Below, piece after piece: positions 1-8,507 of a DNA stretch of 43,065 bases; within the stretch, counting starts at the first letter, position 1; each line of letters opens with the position of its first letter. The DNA is from an uncultured Clostridia bacterium (GTDB lineage: Bacteria; Bacillota; Clostridia; Christensenellales; UBA1242): the NCBI GenBank assembly GCA_947623775.1, contig CANQHL010000003.1, positions 1 through 43,065 of the forward strand, in the 5' to 3' direction. The position numbers and the translations under genes are program-made. The notes below the pieces were generated by a model. It saw nothing but the letters and a program-made list of their open reading frames with translations. It had not been told where the DNA came from and did not search any database.

Positions 1-1356
1 TCTTGAAATACCCCAGTCAATATTATTTGCAAGGAAATTGCCCATTCGTCCTTTCTTTATATGGTCCGGACACCAATAAACACTCTCATTGTTTGCAATC
101 ATATTATCTTTTATTGCAGTGGTTTTTATAAACCATGTGTCTTTGGCATAATAAAGCAATGGACTTTTACATCTCCAACAATGTGGATAAGAGTGTTCAA
201 ATGGCAAAATTTTAAACATTTTATCTTCATTTTTCAGTTTTTCTATGATAAATTTGTCTGCATCTTTAACAAAAAGCCCACCAAAATCTGTTTTTTCTGA
301 CATTTTGCCTGCTTCATCAACAAGTTGAACGAAGTCAATATCATACTTCCTGCAAGCGTTGTAGTCGTCCTCACCAAATGCAGGAGCTATGTGTACAATA
401 CCCGTACCATCTTCGGTTGTGACATAATCATCAACAATCACAAAATAGCCTTTTTTCACTTGGTCTTTTACATAATCAAAAAGAGGTTCATATTTTTGAA
501 ATTCAAATTCTTTACCCGTTTTTCTATATAAAACCTTATAACTTCCCTCTTCAAACAGTGTTGGAACAAGTTTTTCAAGCATTATATAATTTTTTCCATC
601 ACATTCAATTTTTACATAAACTTCATTTGGATTCATACAAAGTGCAACATTAGATGGAAGTGTCCAAGGTGTGGTTGTCCAAACCAAAAAGTAGGTATTT
701 TCTTCTTCAAGGCTTTTAAACTTAGCAAAAATTGAATTTTCCTTTAAAATTTTGTAATTATCACCATTTTCCAATTCCATTTTGGATAATGTTGTTCCAC
801 AGCGAGGACAATATGGCATAATTTTATATCCTTTATACACAAGCCCCTTTTTATCCATCTCTTTCAATGCCCAGAAAATACTTTCAATATATTTATTATC
901 ATATGTGATGTACGCATTGTCCATGTCAACCCAGTAGCCAACACGTTTTGTAAATTTTTCCCACATTCCTTTGTATTCCCAAACGGAACTGCGACAAAGA
1001 TCAATAAACTTCTCTACGCCATATTTTTCGATGTCTTGCTTGCCATTTAATCCCAATTTTTTCTCAATTTCAACTTCAACGGGCAAACCATGTGTATCCC
1101 AACCTGCTTTACGATATATATAGTAGCCCTTCATCGATTTAAATCTTGGAATTATGTCTTTCATGGTTCTTGTTAGAAGGTGACCAATGTGAGGTTTGCC
1201 ATTTGCCGTTGGAGGACCATCGTATAGACAATAACTTTTGTCACTCCCCTCATGCAATTTCAACGCCTTGTTTATTATCTGATTTTTCTCCCAAAATTCC
1301 AATATTCGTTTCTCATTTCCTATAAAATCCAACTTTGTATCAACTTTTTTGTACAT
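1..1356 (-). CDS. ileS: isoleucine--tRNA ligase (5' part; runs off the window start)
   Basis: Not in the ORF track. Manual translation from ATG 1356 (GGAG SD) gives MYKKVDTKLDFIGNEKRILEFW...YDGPPTANGKPHIGH...GWDTHGLPVE...DWGISR, which are class I IleRS motifs. An Ile T-box lies upstream. Confidence 0.96.
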   Translation of the reverse strand, partial: MYKKVDTKLDFIGNEKRILEFWEKNQIINKALKLHEGSDKSYCLYDGPPTANGKPHIGHLLTRTMKDIIPRFKSMKGYYIYRKAGWDTHGLPVEVEIEKKLGLNGKQDIEKYGVEKFIDLCRSSVWEYKGMWEKFTKRVGYWVDMDNAYITYDNKYIESIFWALKEMDKKGLVYKGYKIMPYCPRCGTTLSKMELENGDNYKILKENSIFAKFKSLEEENTYFLVWTTTPWTLPSNVALCMNPNEVYVKIECDGKNYIMLEKLVPTLFEEGSYKVLYRKTGKEFEFQKYEPLFDYVKDQVKKGYFVIVDDYVTTEDGTGIVHIAPAFGEDDYNACRKYDIDFVQLVDEAGKMSEKTDFGGLFVKDADKFIIEKLKNEDKMFKILPFEHSYPHCWRCKSPLLYYAKDTWFIKTTAIKDNMIANNESVYWCPDHIKKGRMGNFLANNIDWGISR

Positions 1357-1394
1357 TTTTGCTCCTTTTTTCATTATTTTGATTAATTTTAATT

Positions 1395-1620
1395 AAAAAA
1401 GCCCAACAAGACACAAGAGCCTTGCGAGGCTTTATAAACCACTTGTAATCTCAGCGGGCCAACACCCACGTCTTCTATTACGGGAAGTCCCGGCAAAAGT
1501 TACTCAAATTTCCCCCTTGCAACTCCGAAAGTGATAATTTTCTCAACCGCTTTATTGCCTTTCACCACATGGCAACTCTCTGGAAAAGCTTTATAAGAAA
1601 ATCTTGTCTTTCATCACCGT
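1395..1620 (-). promoter_or_regulatory. T-box riboswitch leader, Ile specifier (AUC)
   Basis: Minus strand shows AGAGA and GGTGAA stem I motifs, specifier ATC at 1533-1535, a CCCGTAA element, a UGGU antiterminator bulge and a terminator ending in a U run just before ileS. Confidence 0.85.
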
Positions 1621-1627
1621 TTTTGTT

Positions 1628-1657
1628 ATTATAACACAATAAATTTTTCTTTGTCAA
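1628..1657 (-). promoter_or_regulatory. sigmaA promoter of the T-box/ileS leader
   Basis: TTGACA-N18-TATAAT on the minus strand. Confidence 0.7.
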
Positions 1658-2382
1658 TAATTTTCCAATATATTTTGTGCTTGTGCAACGTTTGCACCCG
1701 TCATTATGCCAATAGGCAATTCATTTTCGCTACCATTTTTTGTAAACAAAATTGCAAGAAGTTTGTGATTGTTGTTAAATTCATTCAACGCTTCTTCAAC
1801 TGTGCAGTTTGCTTTTTTTACAACGTAATATATACTGTTTGCAAGGCTTTGGAGCATATCTTCAATTTGTACGTTGTCTAAAAACGCTTCTTCTGTTCCG
1901 CCTGCAATTAAGTATTGCCCAAGTGAATGCAATATTTTTTGCCCATTTGCAACACCAAGAAGTTTGTTATCCTTGTACACAGGAATGTTGCTGTACCCAG
2001 AAGATGCGATAAGCATAATTACATCTCTCATACTTTTGCCAGCATATGTGACTAAAACATCTTTTCTCGCAACAGTTTCAAGTGCAAGAGGTGGCGTGGT
2101 GAGAAGTTTTTCTATGTGTTCAATGTCCTCAACAACTTGTTCATGCGGCTCAGCAATCACAATATCTTCATTGTTGCTGTGTATAATTGCATTCCTAAGT
2201 CGTCCGTAGTCAATAAGTTCATCTTCATATTTTCGCACAACATAATTTATTGAAACTGCTTTTCTGATTAAATCTGAAAATCCCATCGATCTATTTATTC
2301 CATATCTTGTCTTTAAAGCATAATCAATATTGTTGTAAGCGTCCAAAAATCTCTTAGAATTGCTCTTTTTTTCTTTCTCCAT
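1654..2382 (-). CDS. CBS-pair protein with N-terminal HEPN-like domain
   Basis: N-terminal helical region with RLRNAIIH (R-x4-H); C-terminal CBS motifs (GYSNIPVY..KLLGV; LPIGIMT). Confidence 0.75.
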   Translation of the reverse strand: MEKEKKSNSKRFLDAYNNIDYALKTRYGINRSMGFSDLIRKAVSINYVVRKYEDELIDYGRLRNAIIHSNNEDIVIAEPHEQVVEDIEHIEKLLTTPPLALETVARKDVLVTYAGKSMRDVIMLIASSGYSNIPVYKDNKLLGVANGQKILHSLGQYLIAGGTEEAFLDNVQIEDMLQSLANSIYYVVKKANCTVEEALNEFNNNHKLLAILFTKNGSENELPIGIMTGANVAQAQNILENY

Positions 2383-2446
2383 GCCATCTCCTTTCTTTAA
2401 TTATAACAAATATAACAAAATCTTACAACTTTATTATAATATTTTA

Positions 2447-2475
2447 TTGTATTTTTTATGAATTTGTGATATACT
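2447..2475 (+). promoter_or_regulatory. sigmaA promoter of SRP RNA
   Basis: TTGTAT-N17-TATACT with extended TG, 6 nt before the RNA 5' end. Confidence 0.7.
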
Positions 2476-2481
2476 ATATAT

Positions 2482-2751
2482 GTCGGGCTAGATGGGGAGT
2501 TAGCGGTGCCCTGTTATCCACAATCCGCTATAGTGGAGTTGAATGCTTGGCGCGGTTTGATTTTGTCAAATATGTGCATAAAATTCAAACGATGAAATCA
2601 AGGTCTTATGCAACCGAAATCCTTGAATCATGTCAGGTCCTGACGGAAGCATCATTAAGGGGACACTTCGGTGTGCCATGAGGAAACTTTGGTGGAGTTT
2701 AAATTTTGTGAGGCAGTTGGTGAAATCATATCAATCCAAGATGCTCGGCCT
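2482..2751 (+). ncRNA. ffs: large bacterial SRP RNA (scRNA, with Alu domain)
   Basis: 5' GGGGAGTTAGCGGTGCCCTGT..CAATCCGCT resembles the Bacillus scRNA Alu domain; helix-8 motif TCAGGTCC-TGAC-GGAAGCA; 5' GTCGGGC pairs with 3' GCTCGGC. Confidence 0.92.
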
Positions 2752-2761
2752 TGAATTTACT

Positions 2762-2783
2762 GCGGGGGTTCCCCCGCTTTTTT
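2762..2783 (+). terminator. intrinsic terminator of ffs
   Basis: GCGGGGG-TT-CCCCCGC hairpin followed by a T run. Confidence 0.85.
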
Positions 2784-2788
2784 ATAAC

Positions 2789-2808
2789 AAAAAAAACGGG
2801 AAGCCCCG
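2789..2808 (-). terminator. intrinsic terminator, minus strand
   Basis: Minus strand CGGGGCTTCCCG hairpin followed by T8. Confidence 0.7.
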
Positions 2809-3035
2809 ACCAAATATAGATGTATATAAAAAATGCTAAGGTATACAAATTAAATTAAGCTGATATAAACAAACTAAGGCGTTTGTGCGAATTTAGACAA
2901 GTATATGTAATGGTGCTAGGCATTTATGCAAACTAAAATAAAGTGCAAAATCAAATAGTTAAGATAATAAAGCCTGATTGTCGTGACCTTACATACGTAA
3001 AATGAAACACCCAAACTCTCATGTTCGAGTTTATA
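2789..3035 (-). ncRNA. candidate small RNA with repeated hairpins
   Basis: No ORF of 60 aa or more, own terminator, possible TTGCAT-N18-TATAAA promoter, several short hairpins. Confidence 0.35.
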
Positions 3036-3103
3036 ATTTTTATAATAATTATCAAATTTTTTATGCAAAACCGCTTAAATTTGTAAAAAACATCTATTTA
3101 AAC

Positions 3104-3132
3104 AAAAAAATGGCCTTTTTAGGTCATTTTTT
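3104..3132. terminator. bidirectional terminator closing the paralog array
   Basis: AAAAAATGGCCT-TTTT-AGGTCATTTTTT overlapping the stop codon of the last array gene. Confidence 0.65.
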
Positions 3133-3708
3133 ATGTACAATCTCCTCATCATAATCTTCAACTCTTTTTATTCGTCGTTTTGATATTTTTTCTGCTTCAT
3201 CTAAGTCCAAAACAATTGGTTCTGGTTCTTTTGTTTTTAGTTTAGATGTTCGCCAATCTATGGTTGCCTTTCCAAGCAACTCTCTGCTTTTGTTTGGATA
3301 AAAGAACCAACAAACACCATTTGAAGCAATCATTGATGTTAACAACACGAGAGAGGACACAACATATTTTTGTTTTGTGTCTTTTAAAGACTTTATTTCA
3401 TCATCGAGCGATGTATCCAATTCAATTATGGACTTTGTAAAATCATCTGATGAAAGATAATCCTTTTTATCTTTATATTCTTCTTCACTTATCAAGCCCA
3501 TATTGTATGATTCATCAAGGCTTTTCATTTCTCTGCTTTGTGCCAAGGCAAAATCCGCATCTGTTTCTCTGTAAAGCTTATATATCCTTGCCCGTTCGCC
3601 GGCATAAGTGCTTGAAACACCAGCAAGCCCGCCAACACTAGCCCCAAACAGCAAGGCAGGCGCCATAGCACTCACAATTTTAATAATTGCTTTAAACTTA
3701 TTATTCAT
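3124..3708 (-). CDS. array paralog 10: two-TM protein, SHOCT-like loop, tail DYDEEIVHKK
   Basis: Start moved to MNNKFK (GGGG SD). Gly-rich TM1, GLISEEEYKDKKDYL, TM2, charged tail. Confidence 0.85.
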   Translation of the reverse strand: MNNKFKAIIKIVSAMAPALLFGASVGGLAGVSSTYAGERARIYKLYRETDADFALAQSREMKSLDESYNMGLISEEEYKDKKDYLSSDDFTKSIIELDTSLDDEIKSLKDTKQKYVVSSLVLLTSMIASNGVCWFFYPNKSRELLGKATIDWRTSKLKTKEPEPIVLDLDEAEKISKRRIKRVEDYDEEIVHKK

Positions 3709-3744
3709 ATTTATCCCCATACACATTTTATTGTTTGAAATCGA

Positions 3745-4296
3745 CTAATCTTGTACAATTTCTTCAGAATATAACTTTTCCTCTTGTTTACGCATTTTTT
3801 CTTCTTTACGTTTTTGTTTTTGCTGTCTTTCCTGATAATTTTCTCTCATATTTTCCCTTACACAGAAAAATTCTCTAAAACCTGTAGCATATGAAAACAG
3901 TGACATAAGACCTACACTGAACGGGATAAGGCTGTATAATTCACCCTTTGAACTCGCATCTCTTTTGGCAATATGAGTTTTCACTTCTTCATCTCGGATA
4001 ACATTTGATTTTAATGCTGATTGTATAAATTCTTTTGAATTTAAATGATCAGTTAAGTTTTCAAATTCCTCTTCACTTATCTCGCCATTATCAAATGCCT
4101 GCTTCGCTAACTGTAATTTACCCTCTTTTTCTGCTATAAAATCCTCAGTTTGTGCATATAAATCAACCGCCATGTCATTTTCTGAACTTTCCTTGACAGA
4201 CATACCTATAATAGTTCCAAGCCCGCCAAGTGCTGTCGCTGCAGGCAACAGTGCCAAGCCGAGTTTTAAAATAGCCGTTATTTTTTTTGAAATCAT
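3745..4296 (-). CDS. array paralog 9: two-TM protein, SHOCT-like loop, tail LYSEEIVQD
   Basis: TM1, FDNGEISEEEFENL, TM2, K/E/Q-rich tail. Confidence 0.88.
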   Translation of the reverse strand: MISKKITAILKLGLALLPAATALGGLGTIIGMSVKESSENDMAVDLYAQTEDFIAEKEGKLQLAKQAFDNGEISEEEFENLTDHLNSKEFIQSALKSNVIRDEEVKTHIAKRDASSKGELYSLIPFSVGLMSLFSYATGFREFFCVRENMRENYQERQQKQKRKEEKMRKQEEKLYSEEIVQD

Positions 4297-4300
4297 ATTT

Positions 4301-4864
4301 TCACTCCACTATCTCTTCGCTGTATAATTTTTCTTTTTTTGCACTTCTTTTGCGTTGTTTTTCTTCTTCTTTTCTTTTTCTTTCATTTTCATCTTTGAAA
4401 CTTTCTTGCATATTCTCCTTGACTTTCAACAGTTCAACAAACCGATCACTATTATATAGAATAAATGAGGATAGCAGTCCGCAGCCAAGTGGGATAAGAG
4501 GATATAAAATAGATGAATTAAGGTTGTTTACATTTTCGGTTAAACGATTTACATCCTCATTGTCGGTAAACGATGTTTTCATTACAGACGATGCAAATTC
4601 CGTGGAATTTAAATAATCTTTTCTTCTTTCATATTCGTCCTCATCTATTTCACCATTTGTAAACTTTTCTTCAAGTTCATCAAGTTTTATTTCTTGATAC
4701 ATTTTGAAATCTTCAGTTGTCGAAAATATCTTTACAGCTTTGCTCTCCTGAGTCAATGAGGATATGCCCATTCCGGCAAATGCCCCAACGCCAGCAAGCC
4801 CAACAATTGCAGGGGCAAGCCCTAATCCAAGTTTTAATATTGCTGTAATTTTCCTTTTTATCAT
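4301..4864 (-). CDS. array paralog 8: two-TM protein, SHOCT-like loop, tail LYSEEIVE
   Basis: TM1, FTNGEIDEDEYERRKDYL, TM2; visibly closest to paralog 9. Confidence 0.88.
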   Translation of the reverse strand: MIKRKITAILKLGLGLAPAIVGLAGVGAFAGMGISSLTQESKAVKIFSTTEDFKMYQEIKLDELEEKFTNGEIDEDEYERRKDYLNSTEFASSVMKTSFTDNEDVNRLTENVNNLNSSILYPLIPLGCGLLSSFILYNSDRFVELLKVKENMQESFKDENERKRKEEEKQRKRSAKKEKLYSEEIVE

Positions 4865-4912
4865 ATTTTTTATCCTTTTTTCTTAAAAAATGGCTATTTT
4901 TAACGTTTTATT

Positions 4913-5425
4913 TTATAATTTTCGTTTCTCTTCTTTTGCCTCTTTTGCTGCAATGAAATCTGTTTCAGCCGACCAAATTGTATTTCTAACAAAGTTTGTG
5001 CAAGAATAGACCATTGAAATGGCTGTTGCGGCAACTATAGGAAAGGCAACTCCGCAAATAATACCCGCCAATTCTGTTTGAGAATTTTCATCTATTTTGT
5101 CTATGTATTGCTGATATTCTTCGTTGTTTGCCTTTAAAATTGTGTCTATAAATTCGGTTGAATTATAATAACTCTTTTTTTCCAGATATTCATTGTTTGA
5201 AATCAATTTATTATCAACATCAGATTTTAACATTTCTAAATCAGAATTTATATATTCTTGTACTTCGGGCAATTGTCGTATCTCTTCATAAGTGTTATTT
5301 AAATCATCCGCCCCCTTACATCCAAGCCATATGAAAGAAGCTTCGACGCCAGCTGAAATCGCAAATGGCAAGCCGAGACTTATAAGTTTTAACCCCCCTA
5401 CAAATTTTTTCAAACTTCCTTTCAT
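4913..5425 (-). CDS. array paralog 7: two-TM protein lacking the YxEEI tail
   Basis: FIWLGC, DNKLISNNEYLEKK, AGIICG; ends early at EEKRKL. Confidence 0.85.
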   Translation of the reverse strand: MKGSLKKFVGGLKLISLGLPFAISAGVEASFIWLGCKGADDLNNTYEEIRQLPEVQEYINSDLEMLKSDVDNKLISNNEYLEKKSYYNSTEFIDTILKANNEEYQQYIDKIDENSQTELAGIICGVAFPIVAATAISMVYSCTNFVRNTIWSAETDFIAAKEAKEEKRKL

Positions 5426-5458
5426 TATTCCCCCAAATTTTTGAAAAATTGATTTTTT

Positions 5459-6007
5459 CTATCTTAAAATTTCTTCCTCGTAATTTTGTTCTTCTTTTTT
5501 CTTCTTTTTCATCTGTTTCTCTTCGCGTGCATCATCAAAATCTTCTTTTGCCGACTCCACTAAATTTTCTGCAAAATAAGTGCAAAAGTAGAGAATTCCA
5601 GAAGCGCCCGCACCAATTAAAGGATAAATTATACTGCAAGCAATCCCCGCATTCATTTCAGCGTCACCTTTATCTATTGCTTTAATATACTCACTATATT
5701 TTTCTGGCTCACTTTTCATCAACGAATAAAGAAATTCGTGCTGATCATATTCTTTTGATTGGTCCAAGTATTCTTTCTTTGTTATTTCTTTATTATCAAG
5801 ACGATTTTGTAAAATATCCAAATCCTCTTCAATCTGTTGGCTTATCTCGGTGTTTTGTCGTGCGTCTTTATAAGTGTTTTTTAATAATGTGTCCCCATCG
5901 CAGGCAAGCCAAATAAACGCTGCAGATCCACCAATTGTTAGTGCAACCGGAAGTGCAGTTGCCGCCATTTTTAATCCACCTTGAATATATTTCAATAAAC
6001 CTTTCAT
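5459..6007 (-). CDS. array paralog 6 (182 aa), tail NYEEEILR
   Basis: MKGLLKYIQGG subfamily; GGGGG SD. Confidence 0.9.
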   Translation of the reverse strand: MKGLLKYIQGGLKMAATALPVALTIGGSAAFIWLACDGDTLLKNTYKDARQNTEISQQIEEDLDILQNRLDNKEITKKEYLDQSKEYDQHEFLYSLMKSEPEKYSEYIKAIDKGDAEMNAGIACSIIYPLIGAGASGILYFCTYFAENLVESAKEDFDDAREEKQMKKKKKEEQNYEEEILR

Positions 6008-6040
6008 ATTTCCCCCAAATTACTGAAAAATTGAATTTTT

Positions 6041-6589
6041 CTATCTTATAATCTCTTCAGCATAATCTTTTTCTTCTTTTTTATTCTTTGTCAACATTTT
6101 ATCTAGGTGTGCATCTCTAAAATCTTCTTTTGCCGACTCCACTAAATTTTCTGCATAGTAAGTGCATAAGTAAAGGGCACTGGAAATTAGCCCGCCTATT
6201 ATAGGAGTTATTATACCGCAAATAATCCCTGCATTCTTTTCAGCGTTGCCTTCATCTATTGCTTTAATATACTCACCATATTTTTCTGGTTCACTTTTCA
6301 TCAAAGTATAAAGAAAATCGCGCTGATTATATTCTTCTGTTTGTTCCAAATATTCTTTCTTTGTTATTTCTTTATTATCAAGGCGGTTTTGTAAAATATC
6401 CAAATCCTCTTCAATCTGTTGACTAATCTCAGGGTTTTGTTGGACGTCCCTATAAGTGTCTTTTAATAATTTGTCCCCATTACAGCCAAGCCAAATAAAC
6501 GCTGCTGTTCCGCCAAGTGTTATTGCAACCGGCAATGCAACCGTTGCCATTTTTAAGCCACCTTGAATATATTTCAATAAACCTTTCAT
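6041..6589 (-). CDS. array paralog 5 (182 aa), tail DYAEEIIR
   Basis: MKGLLKYIQGG subfamily; 582-bp spacing from its neighbours. Confidence 0.9.
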   Translation of the reverse strand: MKGLLKYIQGGLKMATVALPVAITLGGTAAFIWLGCNGDKLLKDTYRDVQQNPEISQQIEEDLDILQNRLDNKEITKKEYLEQTEEYNQRDFLYTLMKSEPEKYGEYIKAIDEGNAEKNAGIICGIITPIIGGLISSALYLCTYYAENLVESAKEDFRDAHLDKMLTKNKKEEKDYAEEIIR

Positions 6590-6622
6590 ATTTCCCCCAA
6601 ATTATTGAATAATTTGATTTTT

Positions 6623-7171
6623 CTATCTTATAATCTCTTCGGCATAATCTTTTTCTTCTTTCTTCTTCCTTTTTGCCTCTTTCATTTCTTGTGCCGCATC
6701 AAAATCATCGCGAGCCGAGTCCGCTAATGCTTCAGCAAAATCAGTGCACAAATAAAGATATGCGGAAGTAAGTCCCCCGATTAAAGGAAAGATTATACCA
6801 CAAGCAATCCCCGCCATTAGTTCACTTTCGCCTTTATTTATGCTTTTAACATACTCCCCATATTTCTCTGGTTTGCTATTCATGAATTCATAAAGAAAAT
6901 CATCTTCTCTATATTCTTCGGTTCTTTCCAAATATTCCTGTGTGGTTATTTCCTTATTATCAAGGCGGGTTTGCAAAAGATCCAAATCATCTGAAATCAT
7001 TTGACTGATTTCAGTATCTTGTCTTGCCTCACTAAAAGCATTGCTTTTCATGGCATCACCGTTACAGCCAAGCCAAATAAACGTTGCCTCACCACCAAGC
7101 GTTATTGCAACGGGCAATGCGATTGTTATCATTTTTAAGCCACCTTGTATATATTTCAATAAACCTTTCAT
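6623..7171 (-). CDS. array paralog 4 (182 aa), tail DYAEEIIR
   Basis: MKGLLKYIQGG subfamily; GGAGG SD. Confidence 0.9.
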   Translation of the reverse strand: MKGLLKYIQGGLKMITIALPVAITLGGEATFIWLGCNGDAMKSNAFSEARQDTEISQMISDDLDLLQTRLDNKEITTQEYLERTEEYREDDFLYEFMNSKPEKYGEYVKSINKGESELMAGIACGIIFPLIGGLTSAYLYLCTDFAEALADSARDDFDAAQEMKEAKRKKKEEKDYAEEIIR

Positions 7172-7201
7172 ATTTCCTCCATATTGAATATGTGATTTTT
7201 T

Positions 7202-7750
7202 CTATCTTATAATTTCCTCGGCATAATCTTTTTCTTCTTTTTTAATCTTTTTCAACTTTTTCGCTTCTCGCGCCTCTTCAAAATCATCTCGAGCCGAGTC
7301 CATTAAAGATTCAGCCATATCTGTGAAAAGGTAAATTGCTGCAGAAGTAAATCCTCCCGCTATCGGAAATATTATACCGCAGGCAACCCCCGCAATAAAC
7401 TCAGATTCGCCTTTATCTATTCTTTTAACATAGTCTCCATATTTTTCCGGATGGCTTTTCATGTACCCATAAAGAAAATCATCTTTTTTATATTCTTCGG
7501 TTCTTTCCATAAATTCTTGTGTTGTTATTTCTTTATTATCTAATCGGTTTTGCAAAAGATCCAAATCTTCTGAAATCATTTGACTGATTTCAGGATTTTG
7601 TCTTGCCTCATTAAAAGCGTTGTCATACATATTGCTTCCGTTACAGCCAAGCCAAATAAACGCTGCTGTTCCGCCAAGTGTTATTGCAACCGGCAATGCA
7701 ACCGTTGCCATTTTTAAGCCACCTTGAATATATTTCAATAAACCTTTCAT
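7202..7750 (-). CDS. array paralog 3 (182 aa), tail DYAEEIIR
   Basis: MKGLLKYIQGG subfamily. Confidence 0.9.
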   Translation of the reverse strand: MKGLLKYIQGGLKMATVALPVAITLGGTAAFIWLGCNGSNMYDNAFNEARQNPEISQMISEDLDLLQNRLDNKEITTQEFMERTEEYKKDDFLYGYMKSHPEKYGDYVKRIDKGESEFIAGVACGIIFPIAGGFTSAAIYLFTDMAESLMDSARDDFEEAREAKKLKKIKKEEKDYAEEIIR

Positions 7751-7788
7751 ATTTCCCCCAAACTTAACTCTGTTTTAAAATTTTTTGT

Positions 7789-8352
7789 TTAGATTACTAT
7801 TTCCTCGGAATATTCATCTTCCTTTTTTGACTTTTTTATTTTGCTTTGCTCTTCACTATGCAATTTGGCATCTTCAAAAGAATCCCTTGCTATGTCGCAT
7901 AATATTCCCGCAAAAGTATCACCGTTAGATGGAGCATACATAAAGAAACTTGCAATAACTGAAAGCGTAAATGGAAGAATAGCCCATTCAGAACCATTTT
8001 CCATTTTTCTCGCTTTGTCTAGGTCGCCCTGAAATTCATCTTTTAGAATTGCATTTTCTTCCAACATATTATCCAAGAATTCATGCGAGGAATAATAAGC
8101 AGTGTTTTCATCATATTCTCGTCTTGTAATTTCTCCATCTTCAAAAAGTTGTGCATTACGTAAAATTTGCTCTTCAACTTCATCTTGCACAATCTCGCTT
8201 TGTTCAATTGCGTTATACGTTTTTTCTTTTAAATCGGAACCTGCCAAGCCTACTCCAATTCCACCGCCAAGACTACCAAAAAAAACTAATCCCGGCAAAA
8301 CCGTGCTTGCAATCAAAAGTGCACCTTTTATTCTCTTCAATAATCCGCTCAT
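7789..8352 (-). CDS. array paralog 2: two-TM protein, tail EYSEEIVI
   Basis: Gly-rich TM1, FEDGEITRREY, TM2, ARDSFEDA; GGAGGAG SD. Confidence 0.88.
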   Translation of the reverse strand: MSGLLKRIKGALLIASTVLPGLVFFGSLGGGIGVGLAGSDLKEKTYNAIEQSEIVQDEVEEQILRNAQLFEDGEITRREYDENTAYYSSHEFLDNMLEENAILKDEFQGDLDKARKMENGSEWAILPFTLSVIASFFMYAPSNGDTFAGILCDIARDSFEDAKLHSEEQSKIKKSKKEDEYSEEIVI

Positions 8353-8397
8353 AACTCCTCCCGTAATCCAAGCAATATATGTTATATTTATACATAT

Positions 8398-8425
8398 ATT
8401 ATATACTATTTTTGTAAAAAGTCAA
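8398..8425 (-). promoter_or_regulatory. sigmaA-like promoter for paralogs 2-10
   Basis: TTGACT-N16-TATAAT. Confidence 0.55.
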
Positions 8426-8451
8426 TAGCAAGAGGAAAAATATATTTACAC

Positions 8452-8484
8452 AAAAACCCCTGAAAGCATTAAACTTTCAGGGGT
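8452..8484 (-). terminator. terminator after array paralog 1
   Basis: ACCCCTGAAAG-N7-CTTTCAGGGGT with a T run on the minus strand. Confidence 0.8.
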
Positions 8485-8507
8485 CGCATCATAGATTTTA
8501 AACCAAA

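Larger units (their letters stand above)
5459..7762 (-). repeat. four tandem gene-length repeats (period 582/582/579 bp)
   Basis: ORF ends at 5459, 6041, 6623 and 7202; all 182 aa; similar intergenic spacers. Confidence 0.9.

Noticed and set aside
61-531. Plus-strand short ORFs here and antisense ORFs throughout the window
   Set aside because: Shadows of well-supported genes on the opposite strand (here ileS), with no SD or recognisable motifs.
2466-2839. Two short plus-strand ORFs
   Set aside because: They overlap the SRP RNA and its terminator.
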